Assembly: GCA_030390025.1 (NCBI GenBank)
Contig: CM059432.1
Location: forward strand, 112,284,001 to 112,348,000
Direction of reading: 5' to 3'
DNA from: Squalus acanthias
Taxonomy: Eukaryota
Length of the DNA stretch: 64,000 nucleotides
In this document: one piece after another, positions 25,176-37,542 of the stretch
How positions within the stretch are numbered: the first letter of the stretch is position 1
Layout of the letters: the number at the start of each line of letters is the position of its first letter
The notes under the pieces: model-generated
Seen by the model: only the letters and a program-made list of their open reading frames with translations
Told to the model about the DNA's origin: nothing
Databases searched by the model: none
Translations under genes and position numbers: made by a program

Positions 25176-25275
25176 TGAGGAGGATGATCAGAAGCAGCAC
25201 CAAGGCGGGAGGGAGGCCTACAATGTTGCCACTGCAAGGGCCATCCGTCAACGGCTGATAACAAGCCGCTTCTAG
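20942..25275 (+). pseudogene. Harbinger (HARBI1-like) DDE transposase, two frameshifts plus a CR1 insertion
   Basis: [65 protein letters not shown]-terminus resumes in frame at 25141 and stops at 25273-25275. Confidence 0.92.
21984..25139 (-). mobile_element. CR1 C: ORF1 3' end plus whole, disrupted ORF2 (EN-RT)
   Basis: Esterase end DLYKPDGLHLN. EN NPRSIANK...AITETWL. RT ORF 22512..23234. 10-bp TSD AGAGGAGGAA (21974-21983, 25140-25149). Confidence 0.95.
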
Positions 25276-25586
25276 GCCCCTACTCAGAAGATGGCTTTTG
25301 GCATGAAGAACAACATCATGGAAAGCAACCCGCACCCGCTATACCCGGCCAAAGCTGCAATGATTCCAAAGGCAAAACATGTACATTTTGAATCCAACAA
25401 CATTTTTATTTAACAAACTCTGTGTGTGTCATTTATTCAGGACAAACTAATAGAACCAAACACAACAAATCATGAATTAACATAACTGGTTCTCACAACT
25501 GGAGATAATGTCCAAAACACTAAACAAAAGTTATCAGACGAACCTCGACCTTTAATAAAAACATTCCCACCATTTATTTAGACCTC

Positions 25587-27392
25587 CTACTGTTTGCCCT
25601 TCGAGGGTGATCTCCATCCCCTGCGCACTTCCCCCCTTCCCACCCTACTGCTCCTCCGTAATGGGGCCCCAGTGGCTGCAGCAAGGCTGGTGGAAGGCTG
25701 CTGAATGTCAGATGCTGAGACTACAGATGCCATTGAAGGACTCCTTCGACCAGTTCTGGGCCTGGTGGCCCCGGCTGCAGACTGCACCAACTCTGCATGG
25801 GCGGCAGCAATCTGGGCTGGCTGTGTTGCAGGCGGTGGCAAGTGCAATGGGGAAGTGCCAGTGGTGGGAGCAGGAATGCTGTCATCCTGAGAGAGGACAG
25901 CACCTTCCTGCTCGACCGACACACTGGCACTCCCACGGGGCAGCACCTCAGCATCCGGAGCAATGGCCTACTGCGGCGCCATGAGAGCCCTGGGGCAATG
26001 TGGCCGAACCAGTGATGATGGCAGCAGTCAGTGCTTGCGTTACATCAATCTGAGACTGCATGAGAGCAGTCTGAGATTGGATCACAGCAGCCAGTGACTG
26101 AATTGCAGCACTAAGCCGTTCCGCGCGTTGGCCTGTGCTGCAGCGGAGTGCTCCACACCCCTTGCCAGTCCATCAATGCATTCGGGCACCCTTCCCACTG
26201 CATCCATGAGCTGAGTGTGCATGTCCACCGCCTGGGTGTTCATTTCCACGATGAGCCGCTCCTCCTCTGCGTCCAGTGCAGCAGGACTCACTGGCCTACT
26301 CTCTCTCCGGGGAGATGGCCCCCGAGCTTCCCTACCCCCATGGCGTTGCTGCAGCCCACTGGGTCCCGGAGCTTCACCCTCATCAGACCCTTCCCCCCTG
26401 CTCACCTCCAGGGAAGACTTGGTCCCAGTGTGGGCATGGGCTCCCTCGGGAGACGCTGGCGCTGAGGCTCTGGCTTCCTTTTCCTCCTCACCTGCGGCGT
26501 CGCTTCCACTGGTTGGTTGAGGGAAAGGCTGCTCAGCTGATGGTTCACTATCTGAAAGCAGGGAGGTACAAGAGTGGCTTTAACGTCAGGACATGGGGGC
26601 AGTAAGGGAGCAAGGACTGGAGAGATTTAGTAAGTTGGATTGAAAGTGTAAAAGGCTGGTGTTGAGAGGGACAAGTGGAATGTGAGAGAGAAAGCTGATA
26701 AACTTACCATTGCTGTCCCCAAGGGGGTCGACCTCTCCAGCGGCCACGGGACTTATCACCTGGCTGGCAACGATCCTGTGCACGCGCGCCTCCAAATCAC
26801 TGAGGGTGTGCAGCTCAGCCGGCCCTCCACCCGTCCGTTGCTGCTGGCGCCTATTATGAGATAGCTTGGCCTGCAAGAAAAAGGATGGCGTCTGAGTAAA
26901 TGTGCAGCCATGTGCTTGGCTATTGTGCCTCCCATAGTTGAATAGCCCTTAATGTATGCAGACAGGTGCTTGCCTGATGTGCCTTCCATAGTTGAATAGC
27001 CCTTAATGTATGAAAGGTGTGGAATGTGCGTGTGTGTTTTATGAGATGTCCATAGGTCTTGGATGAGTGTTGGGCATTTGAGGTTTTTAAACCCTCTGGC
27101 CACAGAGTGAGGTTGAGATGGAGGGATGTAGAGGTGTTGAAAAGCAGCCACTCACCCTGACCACCTGAGTGAGGTCATTGAACTTCTTCCGACATTGTTT
27201 GTGGGTCCTGGGCACCATGCTCCTGGAGGAGACGTGATGAGCCACCTCCCTCCACACTATAATATAGTCGCGGGGCAATGGCCTCCTGCCACTCTGTGGG
27301 TAGAGTACTGCCCTTCGCCGCTCCACTGCGCCAACCAGAGCCACCAAGGCCCGGTCGCTGAAGCGCTGAGCTCATTCCCTGGGCCTCTCCAT
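25587..27392 (-). pseudogene. H2 Myb/SANT-like gene, 3 exons (27392-27156, 26870-26708, 26551-25587)
   Basis: RFSDRALVALV...WREVA...QCRKKFNDL and AKLSHNRRQQQRTGGG. GT-AG introns of phase 0 and 1. Early TGA and a frameshift near 26100. Confidence 0.85.
26912..27012. repeat. Two-copy 54-bp tandem duplication in the Myb gene intron
   Basis: CCATAGTTGAATAGCCCTTAATGTATG occurs twice, 54 bp apart. Confidence 0.85.
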
Positions 27393-28211
27393 TGTTCTTT
27401 GCAGCAGATTTGAAGTCGAGGTCTGTCCAGGCTGAGATTCAAGGCTGCAATGAGCAGGGTGTGGCTGGAGAGCAAGATCGACCCTCCCCTTTAAGAACTG
27501 GCCGGCGCCAGTGTGTCTGTGTTCCATTGCTGACTGACATCACCTGAGCTTCGCCAGCGCTCTGAGTTAGCGCCTCGCTCCTCGGCGCTAGCGCCTTAAG
27601 AGAGGTGTGTAGTGCCTGGTTTAGCGCTCCAATCACCTCCAGGGGCGCTAGAAGCCAAGTTTGCAGTCGGAGGCGATAATTTGTGGCAGGCGCTAAACTT
27701 TACGCCCGGTCAATAATTGCGCCACAAATGGGGCCATACCGAATTTCTCCCCCATAGTACTGGAGAAATTAATGGGACTAAGTGGCAACAAATCACCTGG
27801 ACTTGACGACCTGCATCCTAGGGTTTTAAAAGAGGTAGCTGCAGAGAATTCCCTAGATTCTCGAACAGTCCCCAAGGATTGGAAGGTAGCAAACAGAATC
27901 CCGCTTTTTAAGAAAGGAGGAAGAGAAAAAAACGGGGAACTATAGGCCAGTTAGCCTGACATCAGTAGTAGGCAAAATGCTAGAATCTATTATTAGGGAT
28001 GTGGTAACAGGGCACTTAGAAAATCGTAATATGATTAGGCAGAGTCAACATGGTTTTATGAAAGGGAAATCATGTTTGACAAATCTGTTAAGAGTTTTTT
28101 GAAGATGTAACTAGTAGGATGGATAAGGGGGAACCAGTGGATGTGGTGTATTTGGATTTTCAAAAAGCATTCGATAAGGTGCCACACAAGAGGTTATTAC
28201 ACAAAATTAGG

Positions 28212-30240
28212 TGGCTAACTAAGGAAGTAAAGGATGGTATCAAATTGAAAACAAAGCCATACAATGTTGCCAAGATTGGTGGGAGACCAGGAGACCAGAG
28301 GATTGGGAAATTTTTAAAAACCAGCAAAGGATGACTAAAAAAATAATAAAGAGAGAGAAGATGAATTATGAGAGTAAGCTGGCAAGAAACATTAAAACAG
28401 ATAGTAAGAGCTTCTACAGGTATATAAAAAGGAAGAGGGTAGCTAAAGTAAATGTTGGTCCCTTGGAGGATGAGACTGGGGAATTAATAATGGGGAACGG
28501 GGAAATGGCAGAGACTCTGAACAAATTTTGCATCTGTCTTCACTGTAGAAGACACTAACAACATCCAAATAGTGGATAATCAAGGGGCCACAGGGAGTGG
28601 GGAACTAAAGACAATCACTATCACTAAGGAAATAGTACTCGGTAAAATAATGGGACTAAAAGATGACAAGTCCCCTGGACCAGATGGCCTGCATCCCAGG
28701 GTCTTAAAAGAGGTGGCTGCAGAGATAGTGGATGCATTGGTTGCAATATACCAACATTCCCTGGACTCTGGAGAGGTCCCAGTGGATTGGAAAACCGCCA
28801 ATGTAACACCCCTATTTAAGAAAGGAGGGTGACAGAAAGCAGGAAACTATAGACCAGTTAGCCTAACATCTGTCGTTGGGAAAATGCTGGAGTCCTTCAT
28901 TAAGGAAGCAGTAGCAGGGCATTTAGAAAAACATACTGCAGTCAAACAGAGTCAGCATGGTTTTATGAAAGGGAAATCATGTTTAACAAATTTGCTGCAG
29001 TTCTTTGAGGATGTAACAAGCAGGGTGGACAAGGGTGAGCCAGTGGATGTGGTGTATTTGGATTTCCAGAAGGCATTCGATAAGGTGCCACATAAAAGGT
29101 TACTGCATAAGATAAGAGCTCACGGAGTTGGGGGTAATATATTAGCATGGATAGAGAATTGGCTAACTAACAGAAAGCAGAGAGTCGGGATAAATGGGTC
29201 ATTTTCCGGGTGGCAAACGTTAACTAGTGGGGTGCCGCAAGGATCGGTGCTGGGGCACCAACTATTTACAATCTACATTAATGACTTGGATGAAGAGATC
29301 GAGTGTAATGTAGCCAAGTTTGCGGATGATACAAAGATGGGTGGGAAAGCAAGTTGTGCAGAGGGCTCAAAGAATCTGCAAAGGGATATAGATAGGCTAG
29401 GTGAGTGGGCAAACATTTGGCAGATGGAGTATAATGTGGGAAAGTGCGAGGTTATCCACTTTGACAGGAAAAATAAAAAAGCAAACTATTATTTAAATGG
29501 AGAGAGATTACAAAATGCTACAGTTCAGAGGGACCTGGGGGAGCTTGTGCATGAAACACAAAAAGTTAGCATGTAGGTACAGCAAGTAATCAAAAAGGCA
29601 AATGGAATGTTGGCCATTATTTCAAGGGGGTTGGAATATAAAAGCAGGGAAGTCCTGCTACAACTGTACAAGGTATTGGTGAGACCACACCTTGAGTACT
29701 GTGTACAGTTTTGGTCTCCTTATTTAAGGAAGGATATACTTGCATTGGAGGCAGTTCAGAGACGATTCACGAGGTTAATTCCAGAGATGAGGGGTTTGAC
29801 TTATGAGGAAAGGTTGAGCAGGCTGGGCCTATACTCATTGGAATTTAGAAGAATGAGAGGTGATCTTATCGAAACATATAAGATACTGAGGGGGCTCGAC
29901 AGGGTAGATGCAGAGAGGATGTTTCCCCTCATGGGCAAATCTAGAACTCGGGGGCACAGTCTCAGAATAAAGGGTCGCCCATTTAGAACTGAGATGAGGA
30001 GGAACTTCTTCTCTCAGAGGGTCGTATATTTGTGGAATTCTCTGCCCCAGAGAGCTGTGGAGGCTGGGTCATTAAATACATTTAAAGTGGAGATAGACAC
30101 ATTTTTGCAAGATAAGGGAGTGAAGGGTTATGGGGAGTGGGCTGGGAAGTGGCTTTCAGCTCTAGATCAGCCATGATCTTATTGAATGGCGGAGCAGGCT
30201 CGAGGGGCCAAGTGGCCTATTCCTGCTCCTATTTCTTATG
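28212..30240 (+). mobile_element. Young 5'-truncated CR1
   Basis: Long RT ORFs 28572..28832, 28884..29576, 29607..30176. TAGG duplicated at 28208-28211 and 30241-30244. Confidence 0.92.
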
Positions 30241-31736
30241 TAGGACTCATGAGATTGGGGGTAATATATTAGCATGGATTGAGGATTGGTTAATGGACAG
30301 AAAACAGAGAGTTGGAATAAACGTGACTTTTTCAGGTTGGCAGGCTGTAACTAGCGGGGTACCGCAGGGATCAGTGCTTGGGCCTCAGCTATTTACAATC
30401 TATATTAATGACTTAGATGAAGGGACTGAGTGTAACATATCCAAGTTTGCTGATGATACAAAGTTAGGTGGGAAAGTATTCTATGAGAAGGACTCAAAGA
30501 GGCAGGTTGACTGACTGGGCAAGTTGAGAGAGATATAGACAGGTTGACTGAGTGGGCAAGAACATGGCAAATGGAATACAACGTGGGGAAGTGTGAAGTT
30601 ATCTGCTTTGGTAGGAAAAACAAAAAAGCAGAATATTTTTTGAATGGTGAGAGACTGGGAAATGTTTGAATTCAGAGGGACCTGGGTGACCTTGTACATG
30701 AATCACAGAAAGTTAACATGCAGGTACAGCAAGCAATTAGGAAAGCTTTTGTTACAAAGGGATTAGAGTATTAGGGTAAAGAAGTCTTATTGCAATTATA
30801 CAGGGCATTGGTGAGGCCACACGTGGAGTAGTGTGTATAGTTCTGGTCTCCTTACCTAAGGAAAGACATACTTAGAGGGAGTGAAACGAAGGTTCAGTAG
30901 GCTGGTTCCTGGGATGAGGGGATTGCCTAATGAGGAGAGATTGAGTAGACTAGGCCTATATTCCCTAGAGTTTAGAAGAATGAGAGGTGATCTCATTGAA
31001 ACATATAAAATTCTTAAGGGGCTTGACAGGGTTAATGCTGAGAAAATGTTTCCCCTGGCAGGGGAATCTAGAACACGGGGTCACAGTCTCAGAATAAAGG
31101 GTTGGCCATTTAGGACTGAGATGAGGAGAAATTTCTTCACTCAAAGGGTTGTGAATCTTTGGAATTCTCTACCCCATAGAGCTGTGGATGCTCAGTCGTT
31201 GAGTATATTCAAGACAGAGGTCGATAAATCTTTGGGAACTAAGGGAATTAAGGGATATGGGGACAGTGCGGGAAGGTGGAGTCGAGGTAGAAGATCAGCC
31301 ATGATCTCGTTGAATGGCGGAGCAGGCTCGAAGGGCTAAATTGCCTACTCCAGCTCCTATTTCTTATGTTCGTATGTTCATATATCCAAATTTGCCGATG
31401 ACACAAAGATAGGCGGCACTGTAGGCAGTGTAGATGAAAGCATAAAATTACAAAGGGATATGGGCAAAACTGTGGCAAATGGATTTCAATGTAGGCAAAT
31501 ATGAATGGACAGCAAGCTGGCTACAAAATAGAAAACAAAGAGTAGGGGTTACAGATAGTTACTCAGACTGGCAAACGGTGTGAAATGGTGTTCCACAAGG
31601 TTCGGTGCTGGGACCACTGTTGTCACCATTTGCATAAATAATTTGCAAGTACAATTTCAAAATTTGCGGACGACTCCAAATTGGGGGGCATAATTGATAC
31701 TGAGGAGGACTGCGACAAAATACAAGAAGACATTAA

Positions 31737-32374
31737 GGGGTTGAAATTCCTCTCGCTTGCGCCTCCGGTGGGAGGCGCTAATGGGGCACAAATTGCTTTC
31801 CGCCCCCCGAGGCGATAACCGCGCCTCCTGCAAAATTTTGCAGGAGGTTAGCGGCAGCACTACCATGTAGCGCCCCGATCTTCTGTGCCCAGAGATTATG
31901 ACGTCATCTCCGGGCGCAACACGCCGGTAGCGCCTTGGGAGAAAAATTTGCACTCACGCCCCGCAGCAGTGTGGGGCAATGTTACCGACTGCTGCAGGGG
32001 TCGCGAACAGTGAGGCTGGCCGCTCGCGGGGCGCAACTTAAAGGTGTGGTGGGAGGCTGGCCGAAATCTACAATGAAACCTGCAGAGCTCGCAGCGTGGG
32101 GCCCTTCCCTTTAATGCAGGGAAGTGCCCCTGCAACACGGCAGGGCCATGCGTGGCCACACGTGGCGCGGCTGAACACATCGCCCCGGATTGGGACATTC
32201 CCCATCTCTTGCGCTCCAAGAGGCAAGTGGAGCGCTTGACCTAGCACTCCACTTCCCTCTTGGAGCAAAAAGAGGGAATTTAACAAATGTTTGTAAAGGT
32301 TAGCGCCTGGCGCTAACTTTCCAAACATTTTTCTCTTAGCGCCCCAAACAGCCCTCTAGGGGAAGGTCTCCCCC
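31737..32374 (+). mobile_element. Harbinger-type MITE related to 7820-8564
   Basis: Ends GGGGTTGAAATTCC / GGAAGGTCTCCCCC, TSD TAA. Shares GGCGCTAATGGGGCACAAA with the H2 left end. Confidence 0.85.
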
Positions 32375-32759
32375 TAAGAAACTTGCACTGTGGGTGTGTA
32401 ATTGGTAAATTAATTTCAATATATATAAATGTGTGGTGGTGTATTTTGGTAGGAAGAATAAATAGGCCACATACTCCTTGGAAATTAGGGGCTCGATTTT
32501 AATGGAAGAGGCGGGATGGAGTCGGGTTGCCTGGTGGGCGGGTTTCAGACCTGCTGCTGGTTTCAGCCGCTCCCGATGTCCCATTTTGGTTTAATTGGAC
32601 CAATTAGTCCCGTCGTTCGTGCTGCCTGCTGCAATGCGTGGGAGCAGGTCTGTTGGTCTGCACTGATGAAGTCATTGCTGCACTTGCTTTTAAGGGGTCC
32701 ATGTAGCCTCAGCTTCTCATTTCCTGTTTCTGCTGCAGCTTGAATGGGCCAAGGTGACC

Positions 32760-34615
32760 ATGAGTGCAGCGAAAGCCAAGGCTGCTCCCCGATTCACTGA
32801 GGACTCCCTGCAAACTCATGTGCAGGGAGTAAGAGGATGCAAGGAGATTCTGTTCCCTCCTGATGGCCGGAGGAAGCCTTCTCAGCAGACAAAGGCAGCC
32901 TGGCTGGAGATCGCTGAGGAGGTAAGCGCAAGGTCGCTATGTACACGCACTTGGCTGCAGTGCCAAAAACGCTTCAATGATCTTCTGCGAACATCAAAAG
33001 TATCACATCACACTTACCTTCAATCTGCTTCCCTTCTCTTCTCATCACCAGCACTCTGCATTGTCAGCCTGCTCCTCCATATCCCACCTTACCCTTACTT
33101 CCCTTGCACCCTTACCGCTCTATCTCTCTCTCTGTACTGAATCACTTCACCATTCTACTATGCAGCCCTCACACTTGCTCTCACTGTTATGCAATGACAA
33201 CAACTAACAACACACAGGGAGGCAGCTTCCTCTTGCCACCTCACTCCATCTTGGTCTCCCTCTAAGCTTCTAGGTTTTGGATTCTTCACATTCACTCTTG
33301 CTGAAGCTCCACTTGTGTCCCTCCTTGCAGGAAAAGATAGCCCACAATCCCTGGCCACATTAACAAACGCTGAGGAGGCTGCTCACGACATCATGGGAAG
33401 TGGCGAGGAGCTGGAAGTGGGGGATGGAGAGACGGGCGCAGTTGAGGAAGCTGGTAACAGAATGTATTTTCATCTCTCGCATTTACAATTCATGATTGAG
33501 TGCAATGGCATATGATGCTCATAGAGATTGATTTCTGATCATCTGCACAAAAAGATATGTCTGCAACCTGAAAATCTGATGTCTAACTCATGTCTTTACT
33601 CTCCCACAGGACCATCAAGCGCCCCCTCCCCACTGTCCAGGAGGAAGAGCCGGACGACTCCTCAGAGGAACCTGGAGCCTCTGAGGGAGCAGCGTCACTA
33701 GGACTCAGCGCAGCCAGCACCAGCGCAGAAACGCACACCTCGGTGGGTCCTTTGCAACATAGAGTAGTGTTATCACCTGGTGTATCACAGCTCACAAGTG
33801 AGCATCAGCAGATGGTGGAGACAGCGACAGCAGTGGAGAGTCCTCATCGGAGGTCGCAGGACTCTCCTAGCTCTGCTCAGCTGCATGTAGACGCTGTGCC
33901 TCTGGGGCCATCCAGAAAGAGAGCGGTGCTGGAACTCTAGGAACAAGTGCAGGTATCTCTGACAGGGTTTGCATCCAGGGTAACTGCGAGTGTGCAGAGA
34001 ATGGAGGAGTCCATCTCCAACATGAGCACTGCCTTTGTGGAGGCAATGGCGCATGAACGTTCCACCATGGAGAGGGTGGCAACCGCCATGGAGGACATAA
34101 GTCGCCAGAAAACATGGTGACTCTTCAAAATAGATTGTCTGCTATGGAGGAGAGATGGGCATCTATTGAGGAGACACCAGAGCTTCATGGACGTCCTTGT
34201 TATGAGGACTGCCAGTACAGATACGGGTCCTCATGGTCCTCCCGATGTGCAGCAAGGTGCTCTCCAGCCACTTGCTAGCACTGAAGTGCGGCTGACTCAT
34301 GAGAGGGATGTTGGTGGCAGCCAACAAGGAAGTGTGGGCTCCTCTCCAAGCGCTCACATGACCATGCCACTAAGGAGCACTCAGTCAGAGCCCCTGAGTC
34401 CTCACCCAACTGAGATGGCCGTCCCAGCCCCTGCACAGCTGCAGGAAGAGCAGACTGTTGCGGAGCCCTCCCAGGCTCCCAAACCCAGAGGACGCCCGCC
34501 AAAGGCATCTAAGCAGGCGCAGCATCAAAGTGAGCAAGGTACCTCTACATCTGCTGAAGCCACAGGGGAAGCACCACGTGGAAACACGCATAAGAGGAAG
34601 TTAACACACAAATAG
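32760..34615 (+). pseudogene. H3 Myb/SANT-like gene, 3 exons (32760-32999, 33331-33453, 33610-34615)
   Basis: Homologous to the H1 gene. Deletion in exon 2, stops and frameshifts in exon 3. Ends KPRGRPPK...HKRKLTHK. Confidence 0.88.
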
Positions 34616-34899
34616 CACAAGGGTAGTCACTTGGGTGTTTTATTGTGCTATAAAGTATCGAGTGTCCTCCTTTTGTGATGTCATTAAACAAAAGTGATGG
34701 CAAGCATTTGAGGTTCTGGTCTATGTATTGTGGGAAATGGAAGTTGCACAGTTAGGGCTCAGGACTAATTCCATTTATAATGATGGTGGTAAGATTGATC
34801 GGAAAGCACCGTTTATTGGACAGATGATACATGGTGTGTTAAGAATCTCGACCTTATATTCATCTCCATCTGCCAGCCACCTGTGTTTGAAGCGTAAGC

Positions 34900-36096
34900 T
34901 TACGCGAATCTGACATGGATGAGTGCATCCCTTGCCTGACGGCCAGCAATATGGTCGCATGCTGCTGCATTGGCCACATCCAGAGCCGCAAGGCATGGCT
35001 CCTCGTCCTCCTCCTCCTCTTCTTCCAAGGAGTGTGTGTGCTGAGCCATTTGGTCATCCAGCAGCACTAAGCCACGCTGCTGTGCAATGTTGTGCAGCGC
35101 ACAGCAGACTACAATGATTCTGGAGACCCTGGCTGGTGCATACTGCAGATCTGTCCAAGCACCGGAATCGCATTTTGAGCAAGCGATGGTTTGCTCTGTG
35201 ATGCTTCTGGTGGAAATGTGGCTCACATTGTACCGCTCCTCAGCCTTGTTTGATGGCCTCCTCATTGGTGTCATGAGCCACTTTTTCAGGGGATAGCCCT
35301 TGTCGCCAAGTAGCCATCCGGAAAGTTGGGTTGGCAGATGGAAGAGCTGAGGCACAGTAGACTGCCACAGGATGAAGGAGTCATGGCAACTGCCAGGGTA
35401 CTTTGCGCAAACATGCATTATGATCTTCCTGTGGTTCCATATCAGCTGGACATTCAGGGAGTGGAATCCCTTACGGTTAACAAATACAGCTGGGTTGTGA
35501 TAGGGGTCCCTAATGGCTACATGTGTGCAGTCTATGATGCCCTGCACCATTAGCAAGCCTGCCATATTTGCAAACCCAACCACATGCGCAGTTACACTTG
35601 GGTCATCCGAGGAGAAGTGGATGTAATTGGGCGACTTTGCAAAGAGGGCATCGGTGACCTGCGTGATGCAGGTGTGTGCGGCCGACTGGGAGATGCCGCT
35701 GATGTCTGCAGCTGATCCTTGGAGGGAGCCCGAAGCAAAGAAGTTTATTGTGGTGGTGACTTTGACAGCCACTGGTAAGGAGTGTCCACACGCTCCTCTG
35801 GGCTCCAGGTGTTGGTGCAGCATTGCACAGATGTCAGCGACTACATCTCTCGAAAGTCTCAGCCTCCTTTGGCACTGCTGCTCAGTCATGTTGAGGAAGC
35901 TGCCACAAAGCCTGTGTTGGGGCTATCTCCTGCGGTTACGTGCAGCCCTGCGCTGAAGCCTTCTGCCCTGTGCAACATCAGGTGGTTGAGGAGGAGGTTG
36001 GCGCTCCTGGTGCTGGTGCTGCTGTTGTGGCTGGTTGTGCTGCTGCCGCGGCTGCTCTTCCTCAGAATCTGCCGACCAGGTGTAAATGGTTCCCAT
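34900..36096 (-). pseudogene. H3 Harbinger DDE transposase
   Basis: ORF 34900..35889 has [31 protein letters not shown]. In-frame upstream ATG at 36096 with one TAG. The region after the catalytic Glu is locally frameshifted. Confidence 0.92.
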
Positions 36097-36860
36097 ACCA
36101 TTGTTATAGATTTGAGTTGAGGAAAGAAGCTTGCAAGCGCACAGTCAAAGTGGCCTGAGGATATTCCAAACAGGTGACACTGCAGTTGGGTCTCAGCTTG
36201 AACACTCACAAGTTCAGTAGAGTTGCAAAATCTTTGCCAAAACATCAAACAACAAAGTTGTGGCATTTGAATGTCAGCCATGTTGCAGGAGCGCTTTTAA
36301 GCTGCTGCAGCAATTGACACCAATTCATGACCTCGAGAAACCCGACTCATTGCAGCTGGCGTGTTTCTCCAAAGACGGGAAACACGGACAAAATGCACCA
36401 AAATCGGAAAGCCCTATTAAAATAGGTTTAGAAAGGCAGTTAACAAGCTGTTAACTGCCTTAAGTGCCTTCCGCGTTATTTGGTGTCGGGTCAGTTCGGG
36501 AGTGGCTGACCCGACATTTCCGAAAGTTGTGTGGAGGTGGGACGGAGGCGGGATCGCAGCCCGCCGTAAGTTTTTCCGATTTTCGCTGCCGACCCGCTTC
36601 CTAACCCGCCCTCTCAGCTGAATTAAATTCACGGCCTTAGTGTCTAAATGGGGTAGAGGAGCAAAGGGATCTCGGGGTACAGATACATAAATCACTAAAA
36701 GTAGTGACGCAGATTAATAAGGCCATAAAAAAAGCAAACAAAGCACTGGGGTTCATTTCTAGAGGGACAGAATTGAAAAGCAGAGAAGTTATGTTAAACT
36801 TGTATAGAACCTTGGTTAGACCACATTTGGAATACTGTGCACAGTTCTGCTTTCCATAAT

Positions 36861-37542
36861 GGGTCAAAAGTTTCTGTCAAAATAATGGCGAGGCTAAACG
36901 CGGAAATCGAGAAGTTGCTGTCGGAGATGCAACTGATTATCTACGTGAAAATGGTTTCTCACTGTCTGGCTCCCCATTGAAATGCACTGAACAGCATGAA
37001 GTTCCTGTACTTCCACTGTAGATATGAAGTAAACTCACCACAGAAAGTTAACTCAAGTCATTTCAACACTAAGTACCCTTTTAACGATGTAGTAAGTGTT
37101 AATTACTACCAGTCAACCTCTGACACTGAAAAGTAACTATTACAAGTGTGGAGTCTCATTCCTTCAGATTTTAATTATTGGAGATTTAAAAAAAAACATT
37201 TTTTTACTTTTTCCTTCTTCTTTTTTTCTCCCTTTCTTAATCCAATCTTTATTTCCCTCTGTTTATTTCTCTTTCTTTACCTGATTTGACATTGAACTCA
37301 CTTTCTAACTTACACTTCCTTGTTCATTCTTTGCGCTGTTCATTTCACAATCCATTAAGCTGATTGGTTAAGGAGATACACAGTTGCTGGTCCTGTTCAC
37401 TCAGATCCCAGATGCTCTGTAGAGGGTGCCGCGCTGTTCCCATCTCGCACTTCCAGCAAATTGCAGCAAAAAATATCATGGAGATTAAACGGGTAAGGGC
37501 AAATGATGGGCGTCGTTTATTGGTTACAGGAATTTTTGACCC
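36861..37542 (+). mobile_element. MITE with GGGTCAAAA TIRs, probably Harbinger-type
   Basis: GGGTCAAAAGTTTCTGT / ACAGGAATTTTTGACCC, flanks AAT/ATT. CR1 is continuous when it is removed. Confidence 0.75.

Larger units (their letters stand above)
20429..27753 (+). mobile_element. Complete-structure PIF/Harbinger transposon H2
   Basis: 16-bp TIRs GGGGGAAAAATGTGGT / ACCGAATTTCTCCCCC, TSD ATA. Transposase (+) and Myb gene (-) are convergent. Confidence 0.93.
20199..31377 (+). mobile_element. CR1 B (20199-20428, 27754-28211, 30241-31377)
   Basis: TCATA duplicated at 20194-20198 and 31378-31382. RT continuity across H2 and the 28212 insertion. Confidence 0.85.
15225..31505 (+). mobile_element. Near full-length decayed CR1 A (5' UTR repeats, ORF1, ORF2; 15225-20198 and 31378-31505)
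   Basis: ORF1 remnants: Cys-rich CSMWE region and SGNH esterase VVVVGDSIIRG...CCLPGARV...HVGTNN. Endonuclease NAQSIRNK...AITET. RT resumes as [15 protein letters not shown]. Confidence 0.85.
32488..36636 (+). mobile_element. Complete-structure PIF/Harbinger transposon H3
   Basis: Imperfect TIRs GGGCTCGATTTTAAT / ATTAAATTCACGGCC, flanked by TTA(G). Myb gene (+) and transposase (-) are convergent. Confidence 0.92.

Noticed and set aside
30499..30561. Short duplication CAGGTTGACTGA.TGGGCAAG
   Set aside because: A local duplication in a dead CR1, with no sign of function.
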